Shown in pieces: positions 13,420-27,824 of a DNA stretch of 64,000 bases. The position numbers and the translations under genes were made by a program. Location of the stretch: positions 51,150,001-51,214,000 of the forward strand of contig OX597817.1 of the NCBI GenBank assembly GCA_951406725.2, in the 5' to 3' direction. This DNA is from Octopus vulgaris (taxonomy: Eukaryota). The notes under the pieces are model-generated. The model was given only the letters and a program-made list of their open reading frames with translations. It searched no databases and was not told where the DNA came from. Positions within the stretch are counted from its first letter, which is position 1. Every line of letters begins with the position of its first letter.

Positions 13420-14510
13420 CCTTTCTACTGGAGGCATAAGGCCTGAAATTTGGGGGTAGGTAGGTACTTATTTTATCGACCCCGAAAGGATGCAAGGCAA
13501 AGTCAACCTCAACGGAATTTGTACTCAGAACGTTAAGAGGGATGATAGCTGCTAAGCGTTTTGGCGGGTGTGCTGACGAATAAGGATTCTGCTGGAAATG
13601 ATGATGATGATCATGATCATGATCATGGTGATAATAGAATTGATCTTATATTTTAACAGAATGCCTGCAAATTTTTCGGGGGGGAGGGGGATGAGTAGGT
13701 CGATTATATCGTCCCCAGTAGCCAAATTGTTCTTATTTTATCGACCCCGAAAGGAGGAAAAGCAAAGTGGATCTCGGCAGAATTTGCACTCAGAACGTAA
13801 AAATGAACGAAATATAAGCAAGCATTCTGCCCGTCGTTCTTACGATTCTGCTAGCTCGACCGCCATCAATATTCTTTTCTACTCTAGCCACAAGACCCGA
13901 AATTTCGGAAGAGGGTGCTTGTCGATTAAATGGCCCCCCAGTACGCAACTGGTATTTAATTTATAGACACTGAAAGGAAGAAATGCAAAGCCGACCTCGG
14001 CAGAATTTGAGCTCAGAACGTAAGGACAGACGCAATACCTATTTTTACTACCCAGAAGGGGCTAAACACAGAGAGGACAAACAAGGACAGACAAACGGAT
14101 TAAGTCGATTATATCGACACCAGTGCGTAACTGGTACTTATTTAATCGACCCCGAAAGGATGAAAGGCAAAGTCGACCTCAGCGGAATTTGAACTCAGAA
14201 CGTAGTGGCAGACGAATTACGGCTAAGCATTTCGCTCGGCGTGCTAACTATTCTGCCAGCTCGCCGCCTTAAAAGAAAAAATATATAAATATTCTTTTCT
14301 ACTCTAGGCACAAGGCCAAGAATTTTTGGTGGTGGAGGCTTGTCGATTACATTGACCCAGTACGCAACTGGTACTTAATTTATCGACACCGAAATGATAA
14401 AATGTAAAGTCGACCTCGGTGGAATTTGAACTCAACGTAAAGGCAGACGAAATATAACCAAGCATTCTGCTCGGCGTTCGTACGATTCTGCTAGCCCGAC
14501 GCCTTTACGA
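13420..14510 (-). mobile_element. Cluster of SINE family B copies
   Basis: Repeated ATCGACCCCGAAAGGATGAAAGGCAAAGTCGACCTC-like units. Confidence 0.82.
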
Positions 14511-15039
14511 CCGCCATTAATATTAATAATGTAAAATAGTATGTATTATCACAATCTTTAATTCGTCGCCCACAATGCTTTGTATTATATCTGTCCCTGC
14601 TCTTTACGTTCTCAGTTCAAATAGCATCGGCGCCATCTTTGCTTTTATCTCTCCCCGAACCAAAAATTAAGTACTAACCAAGAGCTGGATTGCTGATATA
14701 ATGAATTGTTTCTATCACCAAATATTTCAGCTCGTGCCTATATTACAAATAATTGCTTATATTGTTTTGGTTTTATATTGTTGGCAGTGTTTGTATTGTT
14801 ATAGGTCTTATTTTCTTAAAATATATTTTAATTTTCATGTCAAATTTTTGGTATTCATTTAATGCGAAAAGCGATCCAAATTCTGTTGTTTTAAATAATT
14901 TTTACGGTTAGTTAAATTTCAATAAATTGTTGCAACATCATTGCGTGATTTTCGCCTGTGTTTTCGTATGTATGTGAGTGCATGAGTGTAATGTATATGT
15001 GTCTGTGTGTCTGGGCTTGTATGTGAAAGTCTTTGTGTG

Positions 15040-15098
<59 letters not shown>

Positions 15099-15627
15099 GC
15101 ATTGAAAAATGTATGTTTGCGGGGAACATGCGTCCGTATAAATGCCAGGCTTAATTAGATTAAAGATTTATTAATAATGATAGTTAACCAGGGGATTCGA
15201 TTATTCTAAATTAAATTCACATTAAGATAATAAATAAATAAATAACGAACAATTAAAACCACGCTCATTTTATTCAGGAAATTATCGGCAAACGTGTAAT
15301 GAGACTGATACGTGACATCTGACGCCGATAAGATCAGCGGAGTATTTTACTAGCTTTTAACGCCGTGCTTAATAGAAAGATTCAAAGGAAGTGCTGACGC
15401 CTTCCCTATCACAATGTTTCCTATCGCATTCCACTATCACAAGTCTATGGAGCTGTACAGCGTACGCTCCGATTCTGTTCTATCATATTTAAAGAGACGC
15501 TATTTAGAACTCTCGCTAGTTCGCCCCCTGGACTGTTGTAGCTAACTTTTCCATCATGTGGAATTGAACCTGGGACGCGAAGCTAACAAACTGTACTACT
15601 ACTACATCTACGTATAGTGTTTAAATC

Positions 15628-15829
15628 CACCGGGCGAAATGCGTAGCCGTATTTCGTCTGCCGTTACGTTGTGAGTTCAAATTCCGCCGAGGTCGACTTT
15701 GCCTTTTATCCTTTCGGGGTCAATAAATTAAGTACCAGTTACGCACTGGTGTCGATATAATCGACTTAATCCGTTTGTCTGTCCTTGTATGTCCTGTCTA
15801 TGTTTAGCCCCTTGTGGGTAGTAAAGAAA
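15628..15829 (+). mobile_element. SINE family B with 15-bp TSD TATAGTGTTTAAATC
   Basis: Family match; direct repeat at 15613 and 15832. Confidence 0.88.
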
Positions 15830-16513
15830 CATATAGTGTTTAAATCATTATAATACCTGCAGGATGCGAACTAGAGCAAATGTGCCATTAAATTTAGGAC
15901 ATAGAGCAATGCAGTGACAATACAAATGAGTCAACGAAATACTCTCTCAACATATTAGACAAAGGACCCCAAATTTTGGGGGGGCACCTCCACCCTTATG
16001 GCCGCATAATACCTTGAGCACCGCCACCCCTATTTTTATGCATAAATATAAATTTTATATTTTACTTATGTATACTATGAATCATTTGATATTTAATATA
16101 ATATTATATAATTTGTATACAATACTATACTAATATAATAAATTCATAACGTCCCCCAATCCACTGCCTTCTTCCCAACGCCTCCTTTTTTCTAATGACG
16201 CCAACATTAGGCACCAGCACCCACCTGGACCGTCTCAACTCCCACCGGAGTGTGTATGTTGATATATGATATATCTATATATCTATTTATGTATATATGT
16301 GTATAAATACTTGCATTTATGTAAATATAAGTGCAGGTGTATTGTATATGTATGCTTACATTTGTATATGTATGTGTATATGTGTGTGTGTAATTTTTAT
16401 GTATGTATAGGTGTATGTATATGTGTCTATGTTTATATGCGTACGTATGTGTATTTATATATGTATATGTATATATATGCGTATATATATATATATGCGT
16501 ATATGTATGTATG

Positions 16514-16554
<41 letters not shown>

Positions 16555-17299
16555 GTGTGTATATATATATCATCGCTATTACATATTGGATAAACAAAAT
16601 AAAGAATATATCAATAAATCTCCCTAAATGTATAATGTGAGAGCATTGTTCAACGTAATTGCCAAATTATTTGTTTTTATAATAAATAAGTTATAAGGTT
16701 TTTTTTTATTCAAACTGAATTTTTATTGCTTGAGGCAAACAATATTTTGTTTTTACACTGAATCGTTTGTAAATTTCTTTTATTGTGTCTAAAAGTTTGT
16801 AATTTTAAAGTAGTATATTAATGTGGATATCTGAAAAACAATTTTGAGTGCTATTAATTTATAGTATTTCGTATTAAGTACCAATGAAATTATTTGTCTT
16901 GAGTGCAAAATATATTACTATATTCGTAGTTAAATTTAAATTATAAGTGTTGTGTAAGTTTTATCTGCATTATATTAAATGATTATACACTTCTGAATAT
17001 ATAAATTGACTTAATTAATTACTTAATAATAATAATAATAATAATGATGATAATAATAATAATAATAATAATAATAAAGGAACAATTTTATATAATGTCA
17101 TATCATGATCAAAAACTTTTCAAGTGCTTGTATGAATTTCCAGCTATTTTTCTGTAATTCATCAATTTATAAATATATTAATTTATTAATATATAAACTT
17201 TGATTTACAGTGATATTTTCTTCCCTGATAAAATAAGTAATTTATTATTTTGTACTATGAATAATGTTTATATAAGTACCAGTAGATAAATTAGAAAAA

Positions 17300-18670
17300 T
17301 TATTATATATGCCCTTTAGGCTTAGAAAACGAAGATACTCCAAAGTGGGGGGAGCAAAGAGTTGAATGTTCTGTTGCGAGCATGGGCGATTGCTAGCGGT
17401 GATCCCCCAAACAACATCAACACTGCTGCACTGAAGAACAATGCTTCTGTAGAACAAGTGAGAAGATAGAGTGGGAGGAAAATGAATTCATCCGATACTA
17501 TTAGACCACACATTGACATTCTTGATGCCATCATGGAAAACTACTCTGGCACGGCTGATAAGAATAGGGAAAACAAATCAAACACCAGAAGTCCCTCCGT
17601 GCCAGGGGTCCTACAAATGGACGGAGTCCTCACCCGACTGGACAACCAGAGGAATGCAAGTGGTACAACCAGAAAAGGAAGCAAAGAACATGAGCACAAA
17701 TATAAAGAAGGAAATGGAGAAAAAGCGAAAGGAAAGAATGAAATAACTAAAACTGAAATCCTAACCCACCAAGCAAAAAACAAAAAAATCAAATATGGAA
17801 GCTCCAGTCGAATCTGAAACCCTAGAGGAGAGAAGAAATTTGGAGAGATCTCAAGGACCTGCAAATTTTACCTGCAAAGCAAATGTTGGCATTGGGAATA
17901 TGGTACAAACTGCCAGTTTCTTCACCCGAGATCCTGCCAAAACTACAAGGGCCTTAAAGAGAAATACTTCCCTGAAGAAAGACATCAACTGCCTCCAAAG
18001 ATAAAGCATTCAAATTCAGTGTGCTCTTCAGATGTTATACTCAAGGCAACAGCTGAGAAAGGAGGAAGCCCAATTGTAGGTCTATTTCTCTGACTTCACA
18101 CATCAGCTACGTCAGGGAACGGATAGTCAGAAGGAAACTAATCGCATTCATTGAAGCAAACAACTTGTTGAGTGATACATAGCATGGATTTCGACCAGGT
18201 AGGAGCTGCCTGACCCAGCTCATACAGCACTATAACTGGGTATTGAGGCAGATGCTCAACAACTCAAATGTAGACGTAATATACCTTGACTTTTCAATAG
18301 CGTTTGATAAAGTGGATCGTGATATGATATGTCAGAAACTGCGTGATCTTGGCATAGCTGGAAAACTAGGAGAATAGTTACATGACTTTCTGAAAGATAG
18401 GCAATTGTGGCCAATGGAGCCACCTCAAAGAAAACACAAGTAGTGAGCGGTGTTCCTCAGGGCACTGTCTTGGGACCACTGTTTTTCATAGTGGACCTCT
18501 CAGATAAACCCTCAGCTGCCTGGGTAGCCACCTTTGCTAGTTACGCACACGATCCGAAAGTCTCGCAGAAAATACAGAACCCCAGCGACATATCTGAGAA
18601 GGCTCTCAATAATAATAATGTGGCAAAACGGCGGTGCCCCAGCATGGTCGCAGCTCTGAGCTGAAACTAC
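17300..18670 (+). mobile_element. CR1-clade LINE, internally deleted (ORF1-like part, RT part, 3' tail)
   Basis: RT motifs HGFRPGRSCLTQL, VDVIYLDFSIAFDKV, SGVPQGTVLGPLFF, YAHD at 18075-18590; 3' tail 18600-18670 matches the tail at 47063-47135; the 5' boundary is approximate. Confidence 0.85.
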
Positions 18671-19470
18671 AAAATATATATATACATATGATTATATATT
18701 TTTAAATAATTATACGTATATATATTTATTTCATAAAATCACCCTCATCATGTGATATATACTTTCGAGCTTGTATAGATAAAATAATTCATAGCATGAT
18801 ATAACTATGGCCTTGCTCTAATTTGGTTCCTTCTGAAAAACCTAGTCAAATAATTTTTTTTCTTTATACTATATTTTCTCTTTATCTAAGAAATTATATA
18901 GTTTATAGTTATAGTAGCTCTATGTTTTTGTTTATTTCCTTTACAGAGATTTTTCCTCTGATAAACTAAGTAAACTCGTATTTATACTTATTACTTACTT
19001 AGAATAATGATTATATCAGTAAGAATAAATGAGAATAGTTATTATATATTATCATTACATATATAAATATATATCTTTTGAATAATTATACATATTTGAA
19101 TATTATTGTAATACCTATGAATATTTAAGAGATATACTAACATTATATTATTTCAAACGTGAATACGCTTATAAATTTATAGAATAAAAAGTTTGGATTA
19201 ACATAATTCATTTCCTTCTGTAAAACTAAGTAAAACTGTGATACTTCATGTATATATGTATTCTATAAAAATTGGATAATGTTTTATAATCATTTTACCT
19301 TTATCCATCGATGTATTTGGTAGTAAAATACAGAATGAATGAATTATCGATTAAAACATTTTTTTAATTGTATTTAGTGTAAGAATTAAAGATATCCTTA
19401 ATTATTTATCTTTTTTCATCATAATATATAGTAATTTTAAATAAAAATCTATTTCTTAATGCACCATAAA

Positions 19471-20069
19471 TATTGCGTTGGCAACTATGTTTCCGCTGTT
19501 CTTTAAAATTTTGGAATTTATTGCGTTTTTAAATTTTGGAATCTATTTTTTTTAATCATTTTGAATATATTTTGTTATTTTTCTAGTTAATTTTAGTTAA
19601 TTTCTGCTTATTTTCAGATCATTAAAATGGAATGTCAAGTAAGAAAAACGAGAATTTTCGACACCTCCTTCTTTTTGCTTTTAATCAAGGTTCTAAGGCC
19701 GCAATATTTGTGCTGTGTATGGAGTGGGTGCCATAGCTGAAAGCACCGCTTGTGATTGGTATGGCGAGTTCAAAAATGGAGATTTTGACTTCAAAGACGC
19801 ACCTCGTTCTGGCCGTCCAGTTGCAAACGACAAGGGAACTGGTAGAGAAAATGGAATGCTCCCACACTGCTAGAGAGAATAATCTTCACTCGATTGGAAA
19901 GTTTTAGAAGTACGGGGCATGGTTTCCGCATGCTTTAAGTGTCAACAACAAAACTCACTGAGCCACAATCTCCGCTGGTTTGCTTGCTCGTCACCGTTCA
20001 ACTCATGGACACAAGCAACGATTTCTTTACCGAATCGTTACTGGCGACGAAAAATGATGCCTGTACATC
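19471..20069 (+). mobile_element. Mariner 5' fragment of the same family as 4683-6302
   Basis: Left TIR TATTGCGTTGGCAACTATGTT and near identity to 5130-5677. Confidence 0.9.
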
Positions 20070-21026
20070 TAGAATATTTTACAGATTTTTACAGTTCTGT
20101 AGCCTTCGAATTAGTTTTCTCCTAATTTCTCAAAGTTGGTATTTAGGCAATGTGTTATACAATGTATGTATATATGTTATATATATGTATGTATGTATGT
20201 ATGTTATACAATGTATGTATGCATGTATGTCTGTATGTTCGAATATATATTTGAATGTATGTAAATTTATGTGTGCGTATATATACCTAAGTACGTGTAT
20301 GAGTGTCTGTATTAAATACCAAGATAGATAAGCTACTTCTCAGTGCTGTCGTACGTCTTCATATAAATATATTAAATATAAAACTCTGAGACAACAAATA
20401 ACCTACTGAGTTTTAAATCTCCTAAAAGATATCATCTCAATGTTACATATTTAATAATGGCATTTAACATTTCGGCTTCCGTTATCAATAACCGATTAAT
20501 TATATTAATTCATTCGCATTTGTAATGTCTACAAATCATTACATAACGATGCCCTCATGCATTATACATACCAACGCACCTACATTGTGAAACACATGTA
20601 CCTTCAGGTTATTGCTTTTTTATCCTCTTACTCTTGTCCTAGTGTTTATGTACATGCACACATACGCAAATATATACATACTTTTGTATTATATGTTCGA
20701 CTAAATGTGGTACTCCAGCATGGCCACAGTCAAATGACTGAACCAAGTAAATGAAGAAAAGAGTATATATATTCTTTTATTTTATTTGTTTCAGTCACTG
20801 GACTGCGGTCATACTGGAGCATAGAGTTTAGTCGATCAAATCGACCCCGGGACTTATTCTTTGTAAGCCTAGTACTTATTCTATCGGTAACTTTTGCTGA
20901 ACCGCTAATTTACGGAGACATAAACATACTAACATCGTAACATTGCATCGAAAACCAGCAGGTGGAGAATCCACCTGGCGTTAAATAAGTAGTAACATTC
21001 ATCTGCCATTTTGATACCGCTACTTG

Positions 21027-21104
<78 letters not shown>

Positions 21105-21311
21105 CAATTAATAAGAGGAATGACCGCTAAAGTGGATCCCTATACGCAAGGGATAGACGACAAATCGCCTTACTACAAAGAGTATGTTCCCAAGAAAAAA
21201 ACACCCTTATTAATCGTAATATAATTTTTAAATCTTGGGATTTTTTTAACATGGTAGACCACTGGTTTAAATTAATGTTAATTGATTGACATTAATTTCT
21301 ACCTTCTTGTT

Positions 21312-21367
<56 letters not shown>

Positions 21368-22263
21368 GTTTTCATTCGAAACATACTGTAGAATATAAGA
21401 ATATATATATATATATTTATATATGAATGCATGCATTTATGTATGTATGTATGTATGTATGTATGTATGTATGTATGTATGTATGAATGTATGTATGTAT
21501 GTATAAATCATGTTTCCTTCAATCATATGACTGCGGCTACGCTGGAGCACCGCACACTAGGGTTTTTATTCAGCATCATTACTTTTCTTTTTAAATCTTA
21601 ATACTATTTTACGTGGGCGTTAATAAAGCAAAAGTGTCTTTTATCTGGTATGAAGGACACACTCAAAGGCATAAACATACTCTTTCTCTCTCTTTGTCTC
21701 TCTCACGTTGTCTCTCTCTTTCTCTCTCTTACACACACATACACTCATACAAACGGCATTCTTTTAAATTTTGTCTACCAAATCTCACAAGGCGCTGGGC
21801 TAATACAAAGCACATTTACCTGTGATGTTACACGTTGACTCCCGAACCGTGTGGTTTGAGAAGCAAACTTCTTACCACGCAGCTACATGTGTGCCTCTAT
21901 TTAAAGGTGTGAATTGACATCTTTAACTCATGTACTTATAGAATCAGTTTTTCGATAAGTGCTTTATCATACAACTTTAGGAATACTCTTGAATAAATTC
22001 GAAATGTATCGACCAAATCGCTTTTATTTTCTATATTTCAAATTTATTCTTTAAGGCTCAAAAAAGTATTGAAATGTTTAGAAAAAAATAGTATTTTTCC
22101 TTGTAAAATAGGCAAAACAAATGCAGAATCATAAAACCAAGAAATCTTAGCTTCGATGCAAAAAAAAAATAAAATAAAATACTTGCATCAATTTCGAAGG
22201 TGTTTACAACCTTACTAAAACATACGCAAACACATTATGTGCAATACAGATCTATATTCTTAC

Positions 22264-22296
22264 CTGTAGTTAAACCTGTAATGAGTGAGTGAACAG
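22264..22296 (-). CDS. Candidate 33-nt symmetric microexon
   Basis: TTCAACCTCTATCGCAG | 33 nt | GTAAGA; phase 1-1 reading (A)VHSLITGLTT. Confidence 0.3.
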
Positions 22297-22569
22297 CTGC
22301 GATAGAGGTTGAATACATAGACATACTGAAGTAATACTATGTCTTTCATTGAAAGGTGAGTGTTCGATTCTAAAGTGATCGATTATCATTCTACATATTA
22401 TAGGTAACGCAGACATGCAGTGGGAAGCCTGGAAATTACGATATTCCTCTTGAGAAATCATCTTATATGGACGTATTACGGTATACGTATATAACCGTAT
22501 TTTTCTTAAAGTACATCTGTAGAAGAAGCTTTCTCGAGAAGATATCTGCGTTTTCTATAATTTCTACAG

Positions 22570-22722
22570 ATGGCTGTGTGATAAGTAGCTTGCTTAACAA
22601 CCACATTGTTCTAGGTTCATTCCTGCAGCATGGCACCTTGGGCAAATGTCTTCTACTATAGCCTCGGGTCGTCCAAAGCCGTGTGAGTGGATTTGGTAGA
22701 CAGAAACTGAAAGAGGCCCGTC

Positions 22723-22759
<37 letters not shown>

Positions 22760-22968
22760 GTGTGTGTGTGTTTGTGTGCCTGTGTTTATCCCCCAACATC
22801 GCTTGACAACCGATGGTGGTGTGTTTACGTCCCCATAACTTAGCGGTTCCGCAAAAAGAGACCGATAGCATAAGTACTAGGCTTCCAAAGAATAAGTCCT
22901 GTGGTCGATTTGCTCGACTAAAGACGGTGCTCCAGCATGGCCGCAGTCAAATGACTGAAACAAATAAA
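22570..22968 (+). mobile_element. SINE family A, full length
   Basis: A-box TGGCTGTGTG, B-box, CORE-like segment, internal microsatellite, 3' stem-loop. Confidence 0.88.
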
Positions 22969-24353
22969 GGGTATATCTGCATTTTGTATGGTATACGGAA
23001 TGCTAGTTTTAACTAATACTCCTACCGTACCCAATAATAAATTTTGACTTGTTTTGTATTTCAATAACTAAATGACGATGATTGATTTTCTTGACTTTTC
23101 GACGATGAACATGTAGATGTTCTCTCATGTAAATTATCGATGCCTTATATTCAGTAAGTGTCTGACTGAGTATTCCGTGTTCAGTTTTATAACGAGGCTC
23201 ATTCTTCAGCTGCACCATTTGACAATGTGACAGGACTAGACTGGACCAGAGACGAACTTTGAATTACAGAGAGTTTCCCTTTTATACGCACCCTTTTTCA
23301 CTCATATACGATAAAAAAAAAGGGTGAAGGATTAAACATGAATTGACTATTATTCCAAATAATTGCAACAAATCTTGGCTCTAATGATTGTCAAGTGACC
23401 TTGTTAGCCAATGACCAATGATACCTGTCTACGTGAACTCTGCAAATAATAAAAACAAAAACAGTTATTTAACCACATTCTTTAAATGAATCTGATTTGG
23501 ATAACTATGCAAATAGAACTCTACTATTTCTTTAAAAATTGAAATTATAGAAACACGTGTATGAGATGGAAAAACGGAAGCGAATGGAATATTATTAAAT
23601 AAATGTAAAATAGATTTACAATATCAATGGTTGTAGTTCACATTTAATATATTTTCAAATTTTTTTCAAAACAAATAAATAAACAGCAGACATTTTCTCC
23701 ATTCAGAAACAGCATAATTGAATAACGAACTGCGAAATATGAAACAATGGGCTTTGCTTAGGTCTTCGCAGCCATATTAGATCATAAGCAACCGTTTGTA
23801 TATAAAATGAAAATACATTTCTCCTTCAGGTTAAATTTTAAAACAATACGGTGGTTATAATATAAACGTAATATACAGAAAAAGGAATACACACACATGT
23901 ACATACATGTAAGTGTGTGTTTGTGTATTTGTGTGTGTTTACTTGCGTGTAAGTGTATGTATGTTTCTCCATTTTTTTTTCTTTCCTTATTAAAATTCTT
24001 CCTCAAAGAAAGCTGGTGATAATGATATTTTCAATAAGTACCAGCCCCAAGCATATTCTCCAGAAAGTATAAAGCGAGGTAGTTCACCATCACAACACTT
24101 TAATATTATGTTTACCAAATTTCGCAAAGCCCTGGGGTAATAAAAGACCTTCTCCAACGGCCAACTGAAAGTTAGTTAAAATGATATAGATAAGCACAGG
24201 GAGTCTTACATGGAAAGAAGTTTCCTTTCCAGTCACGTAGTTTTGGGTTCGGTCCCTTGACTGTCTTCCATTATAGCTTCTGCCGGTCACAGCTTTGACA
24301 TTAGATCTGCTAGCCGAAAATTGAAAGAAGCTCATTGTACAGATATATGTCTG

Positions 24354-24385
<32 letters not shown>

Positions 24386-24417
24386 AACAGCGAGCATGGT
24401 TCCGTTTCCGTACATAT

Positions 24418-24485
<68 letters not shown>

Positions 24486-24819
24486 GCATACATACACATA
24501 TATATATACATACATACACATATATATATACATACAAACATACACACACACATATATATATATATATATATGTATATGTATGCATGTATGTATGCATATG
24601 TATATGTATATATCGTCCAACTCGTGATGCGTTGCTATTTCTTTTATCGTTTACATATTTCCGCCATTGCATTGTGGCCATGCTGCAGCACCAGCTTCAA
24701 GCGGTTTAGTCGAATAAATCGACCCTAGTACTTATATTTTTAAGCCTAGTGCGTAATCCATCGGTTTCTTTTTTCCGAAGCGCTAAGTTACACGAAATTA
24801 CCGTTGCCAGACTGCGTGT

Positions 24820-24843
24820 ATGTATACATATATATATATATAT

Positions 24844-24881
<38 letters not shown>

Positions 24882-24917
24882 TATATATATATTATATATA
24901 TGTACTATATATATATA

Positions 24918-25005
<88 letters not shown>

Positions 25006-25006
25006 G

Positions 25007-25061
<55 letters not shown>

Positions 25062-25150
25062 TATATATATATACATATATATATGTCATATATATACATA
25101 TATATACATATATATATATACATATATATATGTACTATATATATATACAT
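24820..25150. repeat. Interrupted (TA)n with a recurrent TGTACTA motif, continuing at 25600-25850
   Basis: Read directly; representative of many TA, GATA, TATG and CA tracts in the window. Confidence 0.9.
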
Positions 25151-25253
25151 ATTTATGAAATTTTATCCCTAATGTAATCGGTAAAACTAAGCACGTGTCT
25201 GTCTTGGCACAGAAAGCTGGGGTTAGTTTTACGGACTGCATTTACGCTGAACG

Positions 25254-25330
25254 AATGCACTGATGAAGCCACGGACATTTGAATTATGTAAGTAATTCTT
25301 TTGTTAAAGGCCGAAACCGAGGTATGCATT
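25254..25330 (+). ncRNA. Type I hammerhead ribozyme with canonical core
   Basis: AATGCA-CTGATGA-AGCC...GGCC-GAAACC-GA-GGTA-TGCATT: 6-bp stem I, stem III ACC/GGT, GUA cleavage triplet; within a ~450-bp insert (about 25150-25600) flanked by (TA)n. Confidence 0.82.
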
Positions 25331-25611
25331 TAATTCTGTTTTTTATATAAATTTTTCATCTGTCCTGCCCGCCAAATTTGGTTCTGGTGTTCGCTGAATT
25401 TTTCCTCTAGAGAATTCCCTTTGTAGTTTGATCGTTGATGATCTATTTCTAGCATTTGGCCCACTACCTAGCAGTGTGGCCCTGCCAATATACACATATA
25501 TTAGAATTTTCTCTGACTTCTCAGATTTTTTGTATGCTGGACTACTGGTTTTAAATTGATATTAAAATGAATATTAATTTATCTCCCTAATTATTAAAAT
25601 ATATGTACTAT

Positions 25612-25645
<34 letters not shown>

Positions 25646-25723
25646 ATGTACTATATATATATATATATGTATATATATATACATATATATATGTACTATA
25701 TATATATATATATACATATATAT

Positions 25724-25766
<43 letters not shown>

Positions 25767-25770
25767 GTAC

Positions 25771-25850
<80 letters not shown>

Positions 25851-25855
25851 GTGTG

Positions 25856-26079
25856 TACTAGGGGGTGCTGAGACGTTTCTGGCTTTAATGCTATTGCGAA
25901 AGGCCTGCTTGGAGAGGTCCAACCGTCCGAGCTCTTTTACAGGGCTCAGAAAAAACTGAAGGACTGCTCTAATAAGTGTGTGAATCTGAGAGGGGAATAT
26001 ATGAAATAAAATCATAATTGACTGATACTCTTGTATTTCCTTTCACCCAAAGCCAGCAACCTTTGAGCAACCCCCATTA
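25856..26079 (+). mobile_element. Mariner-derived MITE
   Basis: TIRs GGGGGTGCTGAGACGTTTCTGGCTTT / AAAGCCAGCAACCTTTGAGCAACCCCC; residual transposase end NKCVNLRGEYMK*. Confidence 0.75.
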
Positions 26080-27239
26080 TATGGAGGAATTTACACGCAT
26101 AAATGGGGTTACCTGCTTAGGGAAAAATGATATGTGTTCTTCTGTTTAATGGTTACGTTAATACCAAAACATTCCTGGAATACTGTTCTCTTCATACCGG
26201 AATAATTGAAATAATTATCCGTGCATAACACAGTTTTTTTTCTTGCTGTATAAATATTTATAGATAACATTTTAATATTCCCTACTTTAAAGATGTGGAT
26301 ATTAAATTTATCATAATTTCAAAATTGTACAAATATTAGTCGCCAACACGGCATTTGGTATTTACTTATATGCCAAAATGCTACTGTCTTAGAAAAACTA
26401 CTGGAATTATTTCGATGCATATTTTGGAGATTTCGAAGTGTCTGGCACAGAATTGTTGCACTTCTGTTTTAAATATGAAGTAAGAATGTAAGGTGCCGAC
26501 GTGACAGAATTGTCCCCATGCCGGACGAAATGCTTAGTGGTATTTCTTCTGTCTTAACACTTTGAATTCAAATTCCTCCAATGACGTATTTCAGGTGAAA
26601 TACTGAATATTGATTTCAAAGTTTTGGCACAAGGCCAACAAATTCCGGGCAGAGGGTAGGTCGAATGTATTTGCAAGTCTTTGCAGAGTTTTCTCCTTTT
26701 CTTAAAAAAGAAAACCATTACTACTCGAATATGAAATTTTTGGTTATTCATTTCAAATATCAATAAAATTTATCCGGAATGAAAGATTCATCTGTTTTTA
26801 GTCAGGAACAAAGAAGAGATGCTCTACCGCTTCAAGCAACGCCAAAGTTTTAAATGTGTTACGATTCAGGTGTCTTCAAAGAAGCGTTAAAACATTTAGC
26901 TTAAACGCGCTGATAATTTAGGGGACTATCTAACATATACACACTATCCATAGAGCAGCTGCGGCAGTAAATGTCTAGCTGTGTTAAAAATGCAACAAAT
27001 ATCAACTGGCGATAAAAATTCGTCCCGAAATCGATCAGCGAGAATGGCAGTTATTTCGGGCTTTTAGGTCTCGTTTCAAAGGCGCTCAATTGCGACCATC
27101 CACATGATCGTCCCTAATAACGAAATCTATGAATAAATCATATAATGATGTTGGGAATAGTCGCCTGGGTCATCACAAATCCGGTATGCGCAATTGAGAC
27201 AGTGTTTTATCAAAATAGCCAGTGTGAATACATTAAGTA

Positions 27240-27824
27240 TGATACATAAATTGTGGCATGATGATTTTATGCAGATTATTGTACTTATATGTACGCATGT
27301 ACGTATAACGTAGTTGTGTATTGAGTACTTTTTCTCTCATTTTTACAGCTTCAAAGTTTAATATGTATTACTACAATTTTAGTGTGGATTCATCATGTTT
27401 AGCGAGTTACAATACTTCCAGTGTCAAAACACTACTTGAAGTATGACATTGATACTTCTCTAAGTGTCTACCAGCACTGTGACCCGGCAACGCCGGATCA
27501 TAGTGCTAGTGCAGCTGCGTGCGTGCACACATACACGCAAGTACTGTCCAAATCTCCGACCAATCACATACAGCTAGCTGGCATTCAATTGGCGTATCAA
27601 ATTTCGAGCATTTTGATTGGGTTTTGGATAAAAAATTCACAAAAAAGTCACTTCTATCGATTTTTTAATAGCTTTGCGGGGTGACTGGGGAAATGTAAAG
27701 ATGTGCACGATCACCCTTGGACGGCTTTGAATTACCATAGAAAGTGCGAGCCTCTAACTGAAAAATTGTGGATTTGTATAAAGGACACACACACACATTT
27801 TGCCGTTTATATATATATAGAGAT
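27240..27824. mobile_element. Helitron-like pieces: a plus-strand 3' end (27481-27510) and a minus-strand 5' part (27511-27824)
   Basis: GACCCGGCAACGCCGGATCA...GCTAGT; minus strand ATCTCTATATATATAAACGGCAAA resembles the start of the 52571-52960 element. Confidence 0.6.
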
